From Octopus sinensis (lineage: Eukaryota), in the NCBI RefSeq assembly GCF_006345805.1, contig NC_042998.1, positions 14,446,001-14,510,000 of the forward strand: DNA of 64,000 bases, in the 5' to 3' direction. Position numbers and translations under genes: made by a program. Below, one piece after another: positions 49,881 to 63,860 of this stretch. Each line of letters begins with the position of its first letter. Positions within the stretch are counted from its first letter, which is position 1. The notes beneath the pieces are model-generated. The model did no database searches. It saw only the letters and a program-made list of their open reading frames with translations, and was not told the DNA's origin.

Positions 49881-50492
49881 ATTTATGTATGTATGTATGT
49901 ATGTACGATTACAATTTTCTATGCAATAAATCTGTTCGTCTGCAGAAGATGAAGTAGTACAATTTCTGTGCTAATGAGGTCTATTGAGGTAGAAACTTGA
50001 GTTCACAGGTGGCCTTTTGCCTTCAAACAATCAGAATGTTTTTTTTTTTTCTTAAAGTAATGTCAACTTTCTAAAATTCCTGGGTCACTTGGTATTGGAA
50101 CCAATTGTCACGAAGCTATTGGTCAACGTTTTGAAGAATGGGGAATAATTTCAATATATCAGGAATTTATTCTGTATCTTATTTGATATTGCCTCATTCA
50201 ACTTTTTTTTGTATGTGTCTGTGTGTTTGAGAGAGAAAGTGTGTGTGTATGTTTGTATGTGTGTGTTTCTGTGTGTGTGCGTTTGTGTGCAAGTGAGCAT
50301 GTACATACACGCCCACTCATACACACTGACGCAGAAGACAATGAAAGGAAAAAAGTTGATTCGATAGACAAAGCAAACGGTAGACACTGTAGATACATGC
50401 ATACATATGTACATACGTACTTAAATACTTACACACACACACATGTAAATATACACATATACAGATACATATATACATACACACACATACAT

Positions 50493-50537
<45 letters not shown>

Positions 50538-51599
50538 CACACACACACACACACATATATATGTATATACATATATATATATATCTACGCGTATATATTC
50601 ATATATATTCATAAATAGACATACATAAGTGTGAGTGTGTGTGTGTGTGTACACGCATACATAATCATATATACGTGCTTATTCATATATATATACATAT
50701 ATATATATACATACACACACACACACACTCACTCACACACACACACTCACACACACACACTCACACATATACATGGGTAATAATCAATTTTTTCGAATGT
50801 ATACAAATATCTTCAATAAAGGACATAAAAAAATATTCCTTTGTTTATGAACAAAGTATTATACGATGAAAACTAGCGGAGAAGCAATGAAATTAAGACG
50901 CCACGTAAATACAGAGAGTACATTTGATTTCATAGCGAATGTTTTTCATTCTAAATCCTGATTCTCTGTGGAAATTCGCACATCATATTTGTTGCAGTAG
51001 CTAAGTTATTATACCCATACCCAAATATTGTATAGATGTATCGCCATTGACCAACATAAAAGTAAAGTGAAGAGCGCAAAAATCCCACAGAAAAAGAATT
51101 TATATGCGTCTGTAATAAATTATAAGAGACACAAGCAAACATAATAACATCGTCATCTTTATCAGCATCACCACCAACAAAGACCAGAGAAACCGTTTTT
51201 AGTTAACCAGTTAGTGAGTTTGATGCAAGACTGCAAGACATAATACCGAGAGGAGAAACAAACCAAATTAGAATACTGCAATAAGCAATAAAATATAGAA
51301 CAGTACACAGTACTACAGCACACTAGAGTTTTCTGCAATATACTACACTTCCCTACATAGTACAGTCAACTGTATTTTCGTCACGTTGTGGCACAATACG
51401 TATTAGTTTAAAATTTGGGGTCAGGTCCGGCAATGGTGAGGGAGGGTAACGTCGATTACGCCAATGCCAGTGCTCGACTGTTACTTAAGTTATCGGACTC
51501 GCAAGAGTGAAATGCAAAATTGACCTTGGCGGAATTTGATCGCAGAATGTAAAGAACCAGAAGAAACACTGCTAAGCATTTTGCCCACACAAAGCATCT

Positions 51600-52345
51600 C
51601 CAATGGTGATGACAGCGCCGATTCAGGACATTCATCTTCCTCCTCCTCCTCCAACATAATGCTTCTCATGGAAGCGGACGTTGCTGATTAAACCGCTGCA
51701 AGATTGGCAGGTTTTGTAGTACTGGGGGCGTGGAGGGCACTGAGTATGACCCCAAACAACAGCAGCAGGGCGTTGAGGATGATGTTTCCTCCTCTCTTTA
51801 TGCAGTCTCCTGTGTTCTGCTTTAAAACGCCCTTCTCCAGCATCATACACGGACCTCCATGCCTTCCGGTTGAAAGCCAGGGACTTCAATCGATTGCGAT
51901 GGACACTGCATAAAATGGGAACCCGCTTGAGTTGATCATGAAAACAACATTTTGGAATTCCATAAGGCCTACTTTCAGTTTCGATTTCGCATCCGGATTA
52001 TATGACCAACCCAACAGAAAAGGCAGCAATGGAAGGAGGCCGTAGATCCCAGTTTTCAGTGCTATTTCGGTATGAGGCAACTTGTCCTGTCCTTCGAGAC
52101 CGAGGGTAATTCGGGGCGATATGATATGCAGGGCTTTCAGTTCTCTGATCTGGCGCCGACAAAGAGTCCAGCACTCAAACGCGTACTGGAGGGTGGGTAT
52201 GCATACAGCTCGATGAACTTTGGTTTTTGTGCTTACTCTAATGTTTTTGTTCCGAAAGACTCGTTCACTGAGTCTCTCAAAAGTTGCAGAGGTCAAGTAG
52301 ATTGGAGGAGCATCTGTTCGTGAAGGAGTCCAGCATTGGAGATCG
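51600..52345 (-). mobile_element. RTE/BovB-like LINE 3' fragment, decayed
   Basis: ATFERLSERVFRNKNIRVSTKTKVHRAVCIPTLQYAFECWTLCRRQI and KSLAFNRKAWRS...KTCQSCSGLISNVRFH are RTE ORF C-terminal motifs. Confidence 0.75.
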
Positions 52346-52452
52346 TGCTTTCATGGGACAAGCACACATGCACATACAGAGATTCACAGAAGCATATGGA
52401 ATTATGTGTGTATGTGTGTGTGTGCATGTAAGTACGTACGTATGTATGCATC

Positions 52453-52486
<34 letters not shown>

Positions 52487-52954
52487 TGTATGTATGTATG
52501 TATGTATGTATGTATGTATGTATGTATGTATGTATGTATGCTCTTGGTATGATTATAAACTGTATCTGGTAGTTCGCAAGTTTCTGAGATTTAATGAGTG
52601 TGGAACCCTTGGTCGGTGTCAGGGTGCTCAGTAAAACTAATGAAAGTGAGGGATCCTTAGCTGTTATTGCAGCATCCTTTTAGACGAGGGACAACACTCT
52701 GCTGCAAAATCTGCGGTTTCAGTTCGATCCCTGGTCCTCTCGCATCTGCCTGTTAGTGGGTACTCGTTACAGAGACATAGAGTGTGGTACTCGTCATAGA
52801 CAAGCATTTATCGTTATAATCCAATGACATACACGTGTCTCTTTATGGTGACCTCATTTGTCATTCTATCTATTGAAAGTCCTATGGCAATATAATAGTG
52901 ACACGTGTTGACCTAACCAGTTGGAAGCACACAGTAAATTATATATTTTGTCTG

Positions 52955-53075
52955 TCACTTAAGCTTCAAACCATTCAGATCCACAACAGGACTAAACAGT
53001 CATCTGAGAAGTCATGGATGGAAAGTCAGGAAAACCACTGACAACGAGGATGCACAAAGAAACTGCTATCACCTG
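52955..53075 (+). mobile_element. RTE-like 3' end fragment
   Basis: KPFRSTTGLNSHLRSH zinc-finger remnant and ACAACGAGG tail motif. Confidence 0.45.
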
Positions 53076-53089
53076 CGAAGATAAAGCAT

Positions 53090-53400
53090 TCTCTATTTAA
53101 GAATCGTTATCGCAACCATGTTCCCAGTTTTAAGAGAATCAACAAAAGAAATCCAACATCTTTGGCTGATTTTGTATGGCGACTGAAGGAAGATAAAATT
53201 AAGTACAACATAATTTGGTCTATAGTAAGACACACGAAACCATACATTATCATTTCCAGGAAATGCCGACTCTGCTCCGAGGAATCCCTGTCTATTCTGT
53301 GGACCAACTGGAAGATCATAAATGGAATTTCTGAAAGATTCTCAAGTTGCCTATACGCATATAAATGTACTTTCGCACAATGCAGTAGGAATGAATTTGA
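53090..53400 (+). mobile_element. Penelope-like element GIY-YIG C-terminal fragment
   Basis: FKNRYRNHVPSFKR...TSLADFVWRLKE...IIWSIV...Y...KCRLCSEE fits the pattern FK.RY.NH..SF...T.LS..IW.LK...W.I...C.LC..E of PLE endonucleases. Confidence 0.6.
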
Positions 53401-53415
53401 GTAAGTGTTAACATA

Positions 53416-53980
53416 TTGGATTGTGCGGAAAGTTCGTGCCGATTTTTAAAGGAAAGAAAAAGGTCAATAAATACATGCCATTACATTTTTAATCAACCAA
53501 ATATGAACCATTTGGTTGCACAATGCATCTCCATCTTTCCTTTAACTTGAAAATACCCTCTTCCCAGAATTGAGGTGGTTCATGGCAAAGAATTCATCAA
53601 CGTATCTTTTTACGTCATCCAAGGAATTGAAATTTTTATCATTAAGACTATTCTGCAGAGGCCTGAATACGTGGAAATCCGAAGTAGCAATATCTGGTGA
53701 ATATGGAGAGTGGGGTAACACATCCCAGCCGAGCTGCAGCAATTTTTGTGGGGTTCCTAAAGCATCAAGTGCCGAAAATGAACTTTCTTATCTTTCATTT
53801 TTAAGGGTTACAGAATTAACACAGGTTATATGAACATAAATCTTCTTCCACGAAAAGATAGCTTAAACTGTGCTCTAAATGGAGGTGTAGTCAAATCCTA
53901 TTTTATGGACTCGACCATGTTCTAAAAGGGGTCGAAATGTAAGCTAATATGAATCGGCACGAACTTTCCAGACAACCCAA
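53416..53980 (-). mobile_element. Internally deleted mariner (565 bp), same family as the 44182 MITE
   Basis: Same TIRs with TA flanks; retains LGWDVLPHSPYSPDIATSDFHVFRPLQNSL on the minus strand. Confidence 0.9.
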
Positions 53981-54176
53981 TAATTAAGTATGGATGAATT
54001 AAGTTTAGTTTCAACCTCTCCATTCTTATAAACACCAAGTAGGTGTTTTACTCGCTTTGTGATCGTGAGAGCACCAAACCGCACGTGTTCGTATGCTTAC
54101 ATCTTCTCTTCGTGGATGCTTGTATGAGCGTGTTTACATGTGCCATGCAGCTTGCACGAGGGCGTTTATACATCTA

Positions 54177-54559
54177 CTAGCAGTATCGCCCGGCGTTGCT
54201 CAGGTTTGTAAGGGAAATAACTATAAAGCATTTTTAGAGAGTTATAGCCAAAAAATAGCAAAAAAATGGGAAAAAAATGATGGTAAATTTTTTTGAGAGT
54301 TAAAAAAGGTGGAGTTGCGTCCCCTAGACGGTCTGTGGTTTGGGTTTCTGATTCTCGATCCCATGTCGAATTTATCGATTTTTTTCAGAACTGGGGGAAC
54401 TTTTCAAAATTTTCGCTGCGTTAGTTTTGAATTATGACATTGGGCTATGTGTGTGTCAAGTTTCATCAGAATCGGTTGAAAGCCGTGGTCAGAGTGAGGG
54501 TACGAGAAAACAGACACACAGAAAACGCACAGACAAACTGCCGTTTATATAGAGAGAGA
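54177..54559 (-). mobile_element. Non-autonomous Helitron (383 bp)
   Basis: A|TC 5' end (TCTCTCTCTATATAAAC...TGTCTG), 3' hairpin CCTGAGCAACGCCGGG eight nt before CTAG|T, no TSD. Confidence 0.8.
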
Positions 54560-54572
54560 TATCCGTCAACGG

Positions 54573-54804
54573 AAGGCGGCGAGCTGGTAGAAACGTTAGT
54601 ACGCCGGGCGAAATGCGTAGCCGTATTTCGTCTGCCGTTACGTTCTGAGTTCAAATTCCGCCGAGGTCCACTTTACCTTTCATTCTTTCGGGGTCGATTA
54701 AATAAGTACCAGTTACGCACTGGGGTCGATATAATCGACTTAATCCCTTTGTCTGTCCTTTTTTGTCCCTTCTGTGTTTAGCCCCTTGTGGGTAGTAAAG
54801 AAAT
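54573..54804 (+). mobile_element. SINE family A monomer
   Basis: Full head, B box and first tail type. Confidence 0.85.
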
Positions 54805-55169
54805 AGGTTATTTTTACTACTTTTCTCACTGAATTCTGTGTTCGTTTTCTTTTTCTTTTTTTTTCCATTTGTGATTTGATCTTTTATTTTTGATCTTCTA
54901 TAGAAATGAAGATATTTCCTTCGTTTTGCTGATTTCTTTCCACGAAATAAGAAGATACATTGCGGAACTGATGTTTTAATGAGTTGTGTCTATTTATCAC
55001 CCGATAAGACACATCTGCACCGCTGGATGCTCCTGAACCAGTTGTTAAGTGACCCATCCGTGAAGAATCGATGCTAAATGTGACGAAATAATTGTCGTTA
55101 TTAATAATAAATTCTCATATTTTCCATCTTCCGTCTTTTATTTACCATAACTGTGTTTGTGTGTGCATA

Positions 55170-55205
55170 TATATACATTATTATTATTACTATCATCATC
55201 ATTAA

Positions 55206-55260
<55 letters not shown>

Positions 55261-55280
55261 TATTATCATCATTATTATTA

Positions 55281-55373
<93 letters not shown>

Positions 55374-55409
55374 ACATTATTACTATTATTATTATTATTA
55401 CTATTATTA

Positions 55410-55466
<57 letters not shown>

Positions 55467-55470
55467 CATA
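55170..55470. repeat. Compound (ATT)n/(ATC)n trinucleotide array
   Basis: Directly visible; source of poly-I/poly-Y/poly-L pseudo-ORFs. Confidence 0.95.
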
Positions 55471-55552
55471 TGTTATATAATATATAATTAATGATATATA
55501 TGTATACATATATATAATATGTATAATAATAATAAGAAGAAATATTAATAAT

Positions 55553-55583
<31 letters not shown>

Positions 55584-55621
55584 ATGAACGTACACTCAAA
55601 CGTACAGTTATGTGTGCGTCC

Positions 55622-55657
<36 letters not shown>

Positions 55658-56192
55658 CACCTCGTTTGAAGCATTGTTTAATAGACATGTGGATGTGTAA
55701 AAAAAAATTAAGCAAGCCATAAAAATACTTTTAAACAATAAAAATGTTTATTCGATACTTTGTCCTCAAAAGGCACTATAAATATAACAAAGAAGTCTGC
55801 TTTTATTCATGCTTTGGTTGTTAACTGGCCGAAATATCGAGTAAAAATCATTAACAGTTTTGTGGTTTTACCGCGTACCACAACTCTAGATGTAGGTATA
55901 TTATTTCTTCAAACAGACGCGCGTACACTTGTATACATGCGTGTGTATGTCTGTGTGTGTGTGTGCGTGTGTAAATATGTATGTATGCCTGCTAACATAC
56001 AAAGCAAAAATGAAAAAAACATACGTGCCAGCATAGAGGAAATGGAGAACAAAAATGGCGGGGGGTGGGGTGGGGGGTGGAAACGAAACAAAAGCTGAAT
56101 TATGCATTCATCTTTATGTCTACGAATGGTGGCACAAAGCGCAAACATCTGAGTCGCGGAGGAGTTGTGTTTTTCAGCTTCTTCCGAGAAAG

Positions 56193-56226
<34 letters not shown>

Positions 56227-56273
56227 ATCTATCTCTATGTGTGTCTGTCTGTCTATCTCTCTATCTATCTAAC

Positions 56274-56332
<59 letters not shown>

Positions 56333-57703
56333 TAAATAGATAGATAGATAGATACATACATACATACATACTTACATACATACTTACATACATATATAAT
56401 ATATATATATTATATATATATATTTGCATACATATATATATATGTGTGTGTATATGTATCTTTATATGTCTACATATATATATTTACATATATTTGTACA
56501 CAAAGACGTACGCACATGCACACACACACACAAACACACACATACATATATATATATGAGAAAAGGTTGAGTTCTATATCATGTGCAATATGTCATACTC
56601 ATCACACACTTTAAACTTATATATATATTATATATATATATATCATATATATTTTCACATATATATATATACATATATATATATATATTCATATATATTC
56701 CCGTATATATGTACAGAGAGTGTGAGAGAGTGAGAGAGAGAGAGAGAGTGAGACAGAGAGAGCGAAATAGAGAGAGAGAGAGATCCAGTTAGACGTAGTA
56801 TATATCAGTGCATATGACATATGTACCGATATATACTGTGGGTATATGTCTGTATAGGTAACATCATCTCTCTGTACATAGTACTTCGGTATATACATTT
56901 GATGATATATCAAGCATATATATATATCACACCTTTATTTATATGTCCCTATAATATATACATATGTGTGTGTGTGTATGTCCTTATCTCTGTGTATATG
57001 TGTGTGTGTGTATGTGTGTGTGTGTGTGTGTGTGCATAGTGTTTCCATGCAAGCCTCTATGTGTGTACGTTATATGTAAGTATACTTTAACTTCTAAATG
57101 ATATGCAAACATGTCTGACTTTGTGTCCTATTCATTTTTCCCTTATTTATAATGCACTCTTTTTCACTGGCTCCTCTTTCTCTCCCGCCTCTCTCCCTCT
57201 ATGTATGTATACGTGTGCTTACGTGTGTCTGTGTGTGTGTGTACGTGTGTGTATGTGTGTGTCTCCCTCTTTCGTTTTCTCCATGTGTAATAATAGTAAT
57301 AATATCGTTCGGCCTACTCAAGCGTTTTACTGCCTCATATAATCCCCTCCAGTGACCTATTTACAAAAATATCCATTTATTCATTGTGTACACAAATGCA
57401 TGTGTGTATGTGTATTTATGTATGTACGTATGTAAATATGTATGCATACACACACGTGTATATTTACATATATATATGTGTCTCTGTGTATAAAGACGTA
57501 CATTTAAACATAGATCTATATAAATATATACACGTACTTTTGTATGTATTGATGTCTATATATATGTCTATGTACGAATAATATATACCTATATATGTGA
57601 AAATTTATATTTATATATATATATATATATATATATGAATATACATACATTACATATATATTATATATATATGTATATGTATATATATATATATGTATGT
57701 ATG

Positions 57704-57734
<31 letters not shown>

Positions 57735-58142
57735 ATATTATATATGTATATATATATATATTATATATATACTAATATATATTGCATATATATATGTATA
57801 TATACATATGTATGTATATATGTAAATGTATATATATATATATACATTTATATATGTATGTATAAAGATATACATATGTATTCATACACACACACACATA
57901 CACTCACAAACAGATAAAGGGAGAGAGAGAGAGAGTGAAACAGAGTAAGAAATAGAAAGGTAGAGGGATACATATAAACACACATAAATACACTCAGACA
58001 TACACAGACACGCATACATACATACATATATACATACGCACATATGGAATTTCATATATTCATATGCTTCTGTGAATATTTGTATCAGGTTTTGAGTGTG
58101 CGTGTGTGTGTATGCGTGTGTGTGTGTGTGTGTGTGTGCGTA

Positions 58143-58193
<51 letters not shown>

Positions 58194-58833
58194 ATGTGTG
58201 TGTGTCCTTCGGATTAATAAATAAAGGTAACGTGCTGTCTACTTGTCGTAGTAATAGTCGCCGCGGTGTGCGATGGCGGTTTTGGTAGAAGAGGTCGCGC
58301 AGGGAGTAGATGGTGTTGGTTACCGCGGAGAGAAAGCCGATGATGATGGGTTGTAATAATAATGTTGGCGGTAATAACAGCTCTGTTATAGTGCTGGTTT
58401 ATGGAAGTACATTGGTGCCAGCGGTGGTTGTGATTGTGGTGGTGATTGTATGTTGGTACGGTGAGGTGTGAAGGTGCGGAGGTAGAATATGAGAAAGCGG
58501 CGCTGGAAGGTTTTTCCTAACGCTAAATGCTCGACAAATAATAGGTTTGTTCACAGTTCGACGGAGAGTTATTAAATACAAGGGTAAGTAAATAACAGAA
58601 TGAAACAAATCATAGTCTTAAATGCATGCATATGTGTGTGTTAATGTGTGAATGCGTTTGTGTGTGGGTGTGGGTTTATGTGTGTGCGTGTGTGTGCGTG
58701 TTTGGTGTGTATATGTGAGTCAGTATGTACGTGTGTGTGTGCATGTATGTGAACGTAATACGGTGTCCACTTTGGATGGAATATGAAATATATGTCAGGA
58801 ACAACATTTTGGGAAAAGAGATAAACTCATGTA

Positions 58834-58885
<52 letters not shown>

Positions 58886-59163
58886 ATATACATTTTACAC
58901 ACATGCACACACGTACACACAAACAACACAAGAACACACGCACAACATTATATATATATATATATATATATAGATATATAAAGGTGTGTATACTCGCCTG
59001 TGTCTATGTCAATATTAGAATGCCTATATTCATATGAATTCACTCTCTCTTTCTTTCACACATACACACACACATACACTCGTATGTGCGCTGTATGGGT
59101 GTGTCTGTGTCTGTGTGTGTGCGTATGTATATATTATATATGTTATATATACGTGTGTGTGTG

Positions 59164-59207
<44 letters not shown>

Positions 59208-59422
59208 CATACATACATACATACACACATGCACATTGAGAGAGAGCAAGAAAGACAGATGGGGAGACACAGACAGACAGACAAACAAGCAGATTGGCAG
59301 CCAGAAACAGACAGACAGGTAGGCAGGCAGTCAGACAGATAGATAGACAGATAGACTGACTGAGAGACAGACAGAGAGACAGACATACAGACGAACGGAC
59401 GGACGGACAGACAGACAGACAT

Positions 59423-59455
<33 letters not shown>

Positions 59456-59458
59456 TAG

Positions 59459-59538
<80 letters not shown>

Positions 59539-59789
59539 TTCTACACAACGGGAGATTTTTCTAGGATCGTGTTTCGTACAACAAATAATGGTGGCCAACT
59601 ACATTTGATCAGACAACCTTCTTCTGATACGGTGATACAGAGCACAGTTTTAACGCGGTAAGATATCATGAAGATAATGTGAAAATTCCACCTGAACAGA
59701 TCAATCTCTCACCAGATGGTTGAAGAAACATTCCATGGAACTAGCAACTCACCACACATACACATACGCACACAACTGTTTCACCTATG

Positions 59790-60420
59790 TCATCTGTCAT
59801 CTCTATGATCCTTAGACATAAGATGATCTTACGCGCTGATCCTTTCTAATTACGATGTTTTTCATTATCCTACATCATCATTATCAAAGCAATGAAATCA
59901 GTCGTCCACAAGCAATTGCAAAGCTATCTGCTAATTAATTAATCTCTAAAGAAAATCCAGCTTCCGACTAAATTATAGCACTGCAGATATTCTACCTTTT
60001 CATAGGCATGGAACAACTACGTTGATGGATGTAAAGAGATGTGTGACACAACCGTCGACATCACAGCAATTTTCGACAGAATTCGTTAAAACGAATTCTA
60101 TGTCTTGTACAATACAAGCTAAACTATTAGGATGACTTTCAAGCGAACTTAATTGGAAATATACTAAGGCCTGCTTTATGTGTGAACAATCTGATCGTCA
60201 TCCATCAAAATATCACTCGCATAAGTCCCAACACTTCTGTTGCTTCTATATTCATGAATGGTTTTCTGAAAACGAGTTACAGATTTGCTCTGACTACTCC
60301 CTACATGTTTGCATCAATAATACGGGCAGGAGAAACAATACGCGGTCTCAGAATAAACAGTCACTTTGCCAGGATGAAAGCCTGCTCAGACGATTGAAAA
60401 GTACCATATGAGTCATCAAA
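59790..60420 (+). mobile_element. Decayed APE-type LINE reverse-transcriptase fragment (CR1/L2/Jockey-like)
   Basis: KAMKSVVHKQLQSYL...SFRLNYSTADIL...AWNNYVD...VDITAIFDRI matches K.ME..V..QL..YL...GFR..HST...W...LD...LDI..AFD; many stops. Confidence 0.5.
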
Positions 60421-60432
60421 GTATATAAATAA

Positions 60433-60828
60433 CTAGTAGTATCGCCCGGCGTTGCTCGGGTTTGTAAGGGAAATAACTATATAAGCATTTTTAGAGATGT
60501 AAAGTATAATAGCCATCTCAATATGGCTAACCACAAAGGGGGGCTGTTACTGTAGCTTTTTACGTTCTGAGATTTAATAATAAATTTTTAGAGAGTTACT
60601 TCCCTTATATATGCCAAAAATGCATTAAATAATGGGAAAATTGATGGTAATTTTTTTTTTAAATCGTAGACTCATCGTAGACGCGCGCTAATACCCAGAA
60701 GGGCTCGATATGAATCACGACTATAAGATACCCGGTTTTGGTTAAACTGTACCGCAAAATGTGGGAGTAGTTAGGAATCTAAATCGTAGGAGACAGACAG
60801 CACACAACCTCACTTTTATATATAAAGA
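60433..60828 (-). mobile_element. Non-autonomous Helitron (396 bp)
   Basis: A|TCTTTATATATAAAAG...TGTCTGTCT 5' end, hairpin CCCGAGCAACGCCGGG (60445-60460) eight nt before CTAG|T. Confidence 0.85.
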
Positions 60829-61194
60829 TATGGACAGCAGTGGAGTGGAAGAACAATTTTACACTGCAGAGGTAAAGGTTTGAAGCGCCAAGAAATATTT
60901 CAAAAACGAGCATGACAATGAAGACCTAGTCACAAATTGAAAAGGCTAGTGATCTGTTTCCATTTTGTATATGGTCACAGGAAATTAGACGAGAGTTATG
61001 GAAACTTCAAACGTTGTTTGGTTATATGAAGTGAGATACATGTTACAGATAATGAGAAGTATCTCATACGGGGACGATTTTAATTGCTATTTCTTTTGAC
61101 TGGACTTGAGTCTTTGTAAGAAATAATAAAACGCGTGTGGAATATTCGTTAAATATAGTTTAACTGAACAATACGAATACAGCCACACATACCC

Positions 61195-61793
61195 TTATAC
61201 AAATGTAAGCAACATACGTACACACACACATACATACATACATACATACATACATACATACATACATACTACATACATACATACAACACATACATACATA
61301 CATAACATACATTTACATACAAATATATACATACATCCATACATACATACATACACACATACATACATACGTACATACATACATGCATACATAAATACAT
61401 ACATACATACATACATACATACATACCTAGACTACTACCTACATACATACATACATACTACATACTACATAACTACATACATACATACAACATACTACAT
61501 ACATACATGCATACATACATACATACATACATACTACATAAATACATACATAAATACATAAATACATACATACATAAATAAACACACATACATACATACA
61601 TACATACATACATACATACATGCATACCTAACACCTACCTACATACATACATACATACATACATACATACATACATACATGCATGCATACATACATACAT
61701 ACATACATACATACATACATACATACATAAACATACATACATAAATACATACATAAACACATCCATACATACATACATCCATCCATACATACA

Positions 61794-61824
<31 letters not shown>

Positions 61825-61825
61825 G
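61195..61825. repeat. Degenerate (TACA)n array
   Basis: Directly visible. Confidence 0.9.
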
Positions 61826-62089
61826 AAAGAAGAGTGCTATAGTTCGCTTGAAGCATTGCAGTATAGAAGTAGAATAAAAGAAAGGGGAAATGAGGAAAGC
61901 GTTTAAGACTGCAGAGAGGAATGTTAGAAAACCATGTTATATTTCAAGCACAAAGATACATCTTCAAAAGGATACAGTCTAAGAAATGTGTGTCTAGGTA
62001 GATCCTACCATTTGGATAACCGAACGGGCATGGACTCGGTTCTAGTCCGATGATTCTGCTCTAAAACAATCACCAGATTAAAAAAAAAA

Positions 62090-62250
62090 GGGTTAGCTGC
62101 CCATTTTTTCCGTCTACTAAATCCAGTCGCAAGGCTTCGATCGAAACCACGATACAGTAGAAGACACTTCTCCAATGTGCCACGCAGTTGGACCGAACCT
62201 GGAGCCATGCTTGCTGACAGCGCACTTTTTACTACACAGCCATACCTGCG
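62090..62250 (-). mobile_element. Degenerate SINE family B 5' half
   Basis: GTAGAAGACACTTCTCCAATGTGCCACGCAGTTGGACCGAACC homology to the B head region. Confidence 0.6.
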
Positions 62251-62538
62251 CTTTTACTACTCAGCCACGTATAAACATACTGCCCGTTTGTTCAGTATCG
62301 TAAACATATAACTTTTAAGTAACTTTTCTAGTAACATTTGAAGTACATAACATGCAATGCATATAAACACACATACTATTTTTCACTTAAAGTCATAAGC
62401 TCTATGACTAACGTTACTACTCTACTACTACTACTACTACACTACTACTACTACTAATACTACTAATACTAATACTACTATTAATAATAATAATAATAAT
62501 AATAAATAATAATAAAATAACATAAGGATAATAATGAT

Positions 62539-62584
62539 GACTTGGAGCTAACTTGTACAAACATAAAGCAAAAGTCAAACAGAA
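62539..62584 (+). mobile_element. 46-bp extreme 3' end of the Dong-type LINE inside (AAT)n
   Basis: GACTTGGAGCTAACTTGTACAAACATAAAGCAAAAGTCAAACAGAA matches the reverse complement of about 6400-6447 apart from two substitutions and a 2-nt gap. Confidence 0.8.
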
Positions 62585-62608
62585 TAAAATATAATAATAA
62601 TAATAATA

Positions 62609-62643
<35 letters not shown>

Positions 62644-62663
62644 TGATAATAATAATAATAATA

Positions 62664-62704
<41 letters not shown>

Positions 62705-63609
62705 TAATAATAATAATAATAATAATAATACTCTTCTACAACCACCACTACTGCTTGTAATAGAAGTAGTAGTAGCAGTTGCAGAAAGAAATAAACTTAA
62801 GTTTTAAGTAGAACATAATTTAATTTTTTTTTTTTAAAAAGCCTTTGTGCCTTACACAAAAACAGATATATAGAAAGAAATATATTTTTAACAAAAAAAA
62901 AAAAAAATTTTGCCAGCTTAGAGTAAGGCTTGTTAAGTGTATTGATATAAATACATTGTTCAGGAGGAAAGGGTCGGTAAAAAAAATGGTAGAATCGAAT
63001 TGACAGAAGTTAAAATAAATCAATATTTAATGCTTATATTTATTTGCATATATTTACGTAGATTCATATCGCAGTATAATGTATTTTCGTTCGTTTGTGT
63101 GGTATTGTGTGGATTGTAGTATATATTGTATTGTATTGTATTGTATTGTATTGTAATAGTTGTATGCCGGTCGCTTTTTATGTAGACATAAAAGGCATGA
63201 TATTTCTCCATATCTTCCTATTGAGTTCTTGATTTTGACATGAGGTCATATAATTTTTGAAGGAGAATGTAGCTCATGGAATCGATTACAGCCGATAGAT
63301 GGTATCTAATTTATCGATTCCACGAGCAAATTTGACTTTGAGGGGGACTTAAACTCAAACTGTAGCCATAAAGAACCACAATAAATAATTTCAATAGTGA
63401 TCTTCTTTCTGCATAGCGGCAGTTCCCGGCCGGCGTTAGACATTGAAATAATTGCCAGAACAAATTAAGAAATAATTATTTATAAATTACGTAATTACAC
63501 ATTATATAATGGCACACACATATGTACATGTATATATACATCCATACTTATATATATGCACGTATGTGTATATGTATATAATAGACCAAAGTGTACGTAC
63601 ACCGCTATA

Positions 63610-63860
63610 TATATATAATACGAAACGGGCCAAGAACACAAAACATCCGGACAGTTAGGTGAAAGAAAAATGGGACAACAAAACATCCAGGTAGACAATA
63701 CAAAGAAAACAAGGACGGGTCATTTGAAGTTTTCTTTCCTCAGTCGAGTACCAGATTATCTTCGCAAAAGGCATCCTCAGGAAAGGTATCCTCAAAAAGT
63801 ATCAAGAATGTGATGTTATGAGGATACCATTCCTGATGAAGGGGACATTGTCCACATGGT
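63610..63860 (+). mobile_element. Possible Penelope-like terminal-repeat fragment with broken hammerhead
   Basis: CTGATGA-AGG-GGAC-ATT-GTCC near 63832-63852 lacks the following GAAA; no second copy in the window to confirm. Confidence 0.3.

Noticed and set aside
54840-55100. Long polypyrimidine tract and TAG acceptor near 54903
   Set aside because: Downstream frames close quickly and there is no convincing donor; a non-coding exon cannot be supported from sequence alone.
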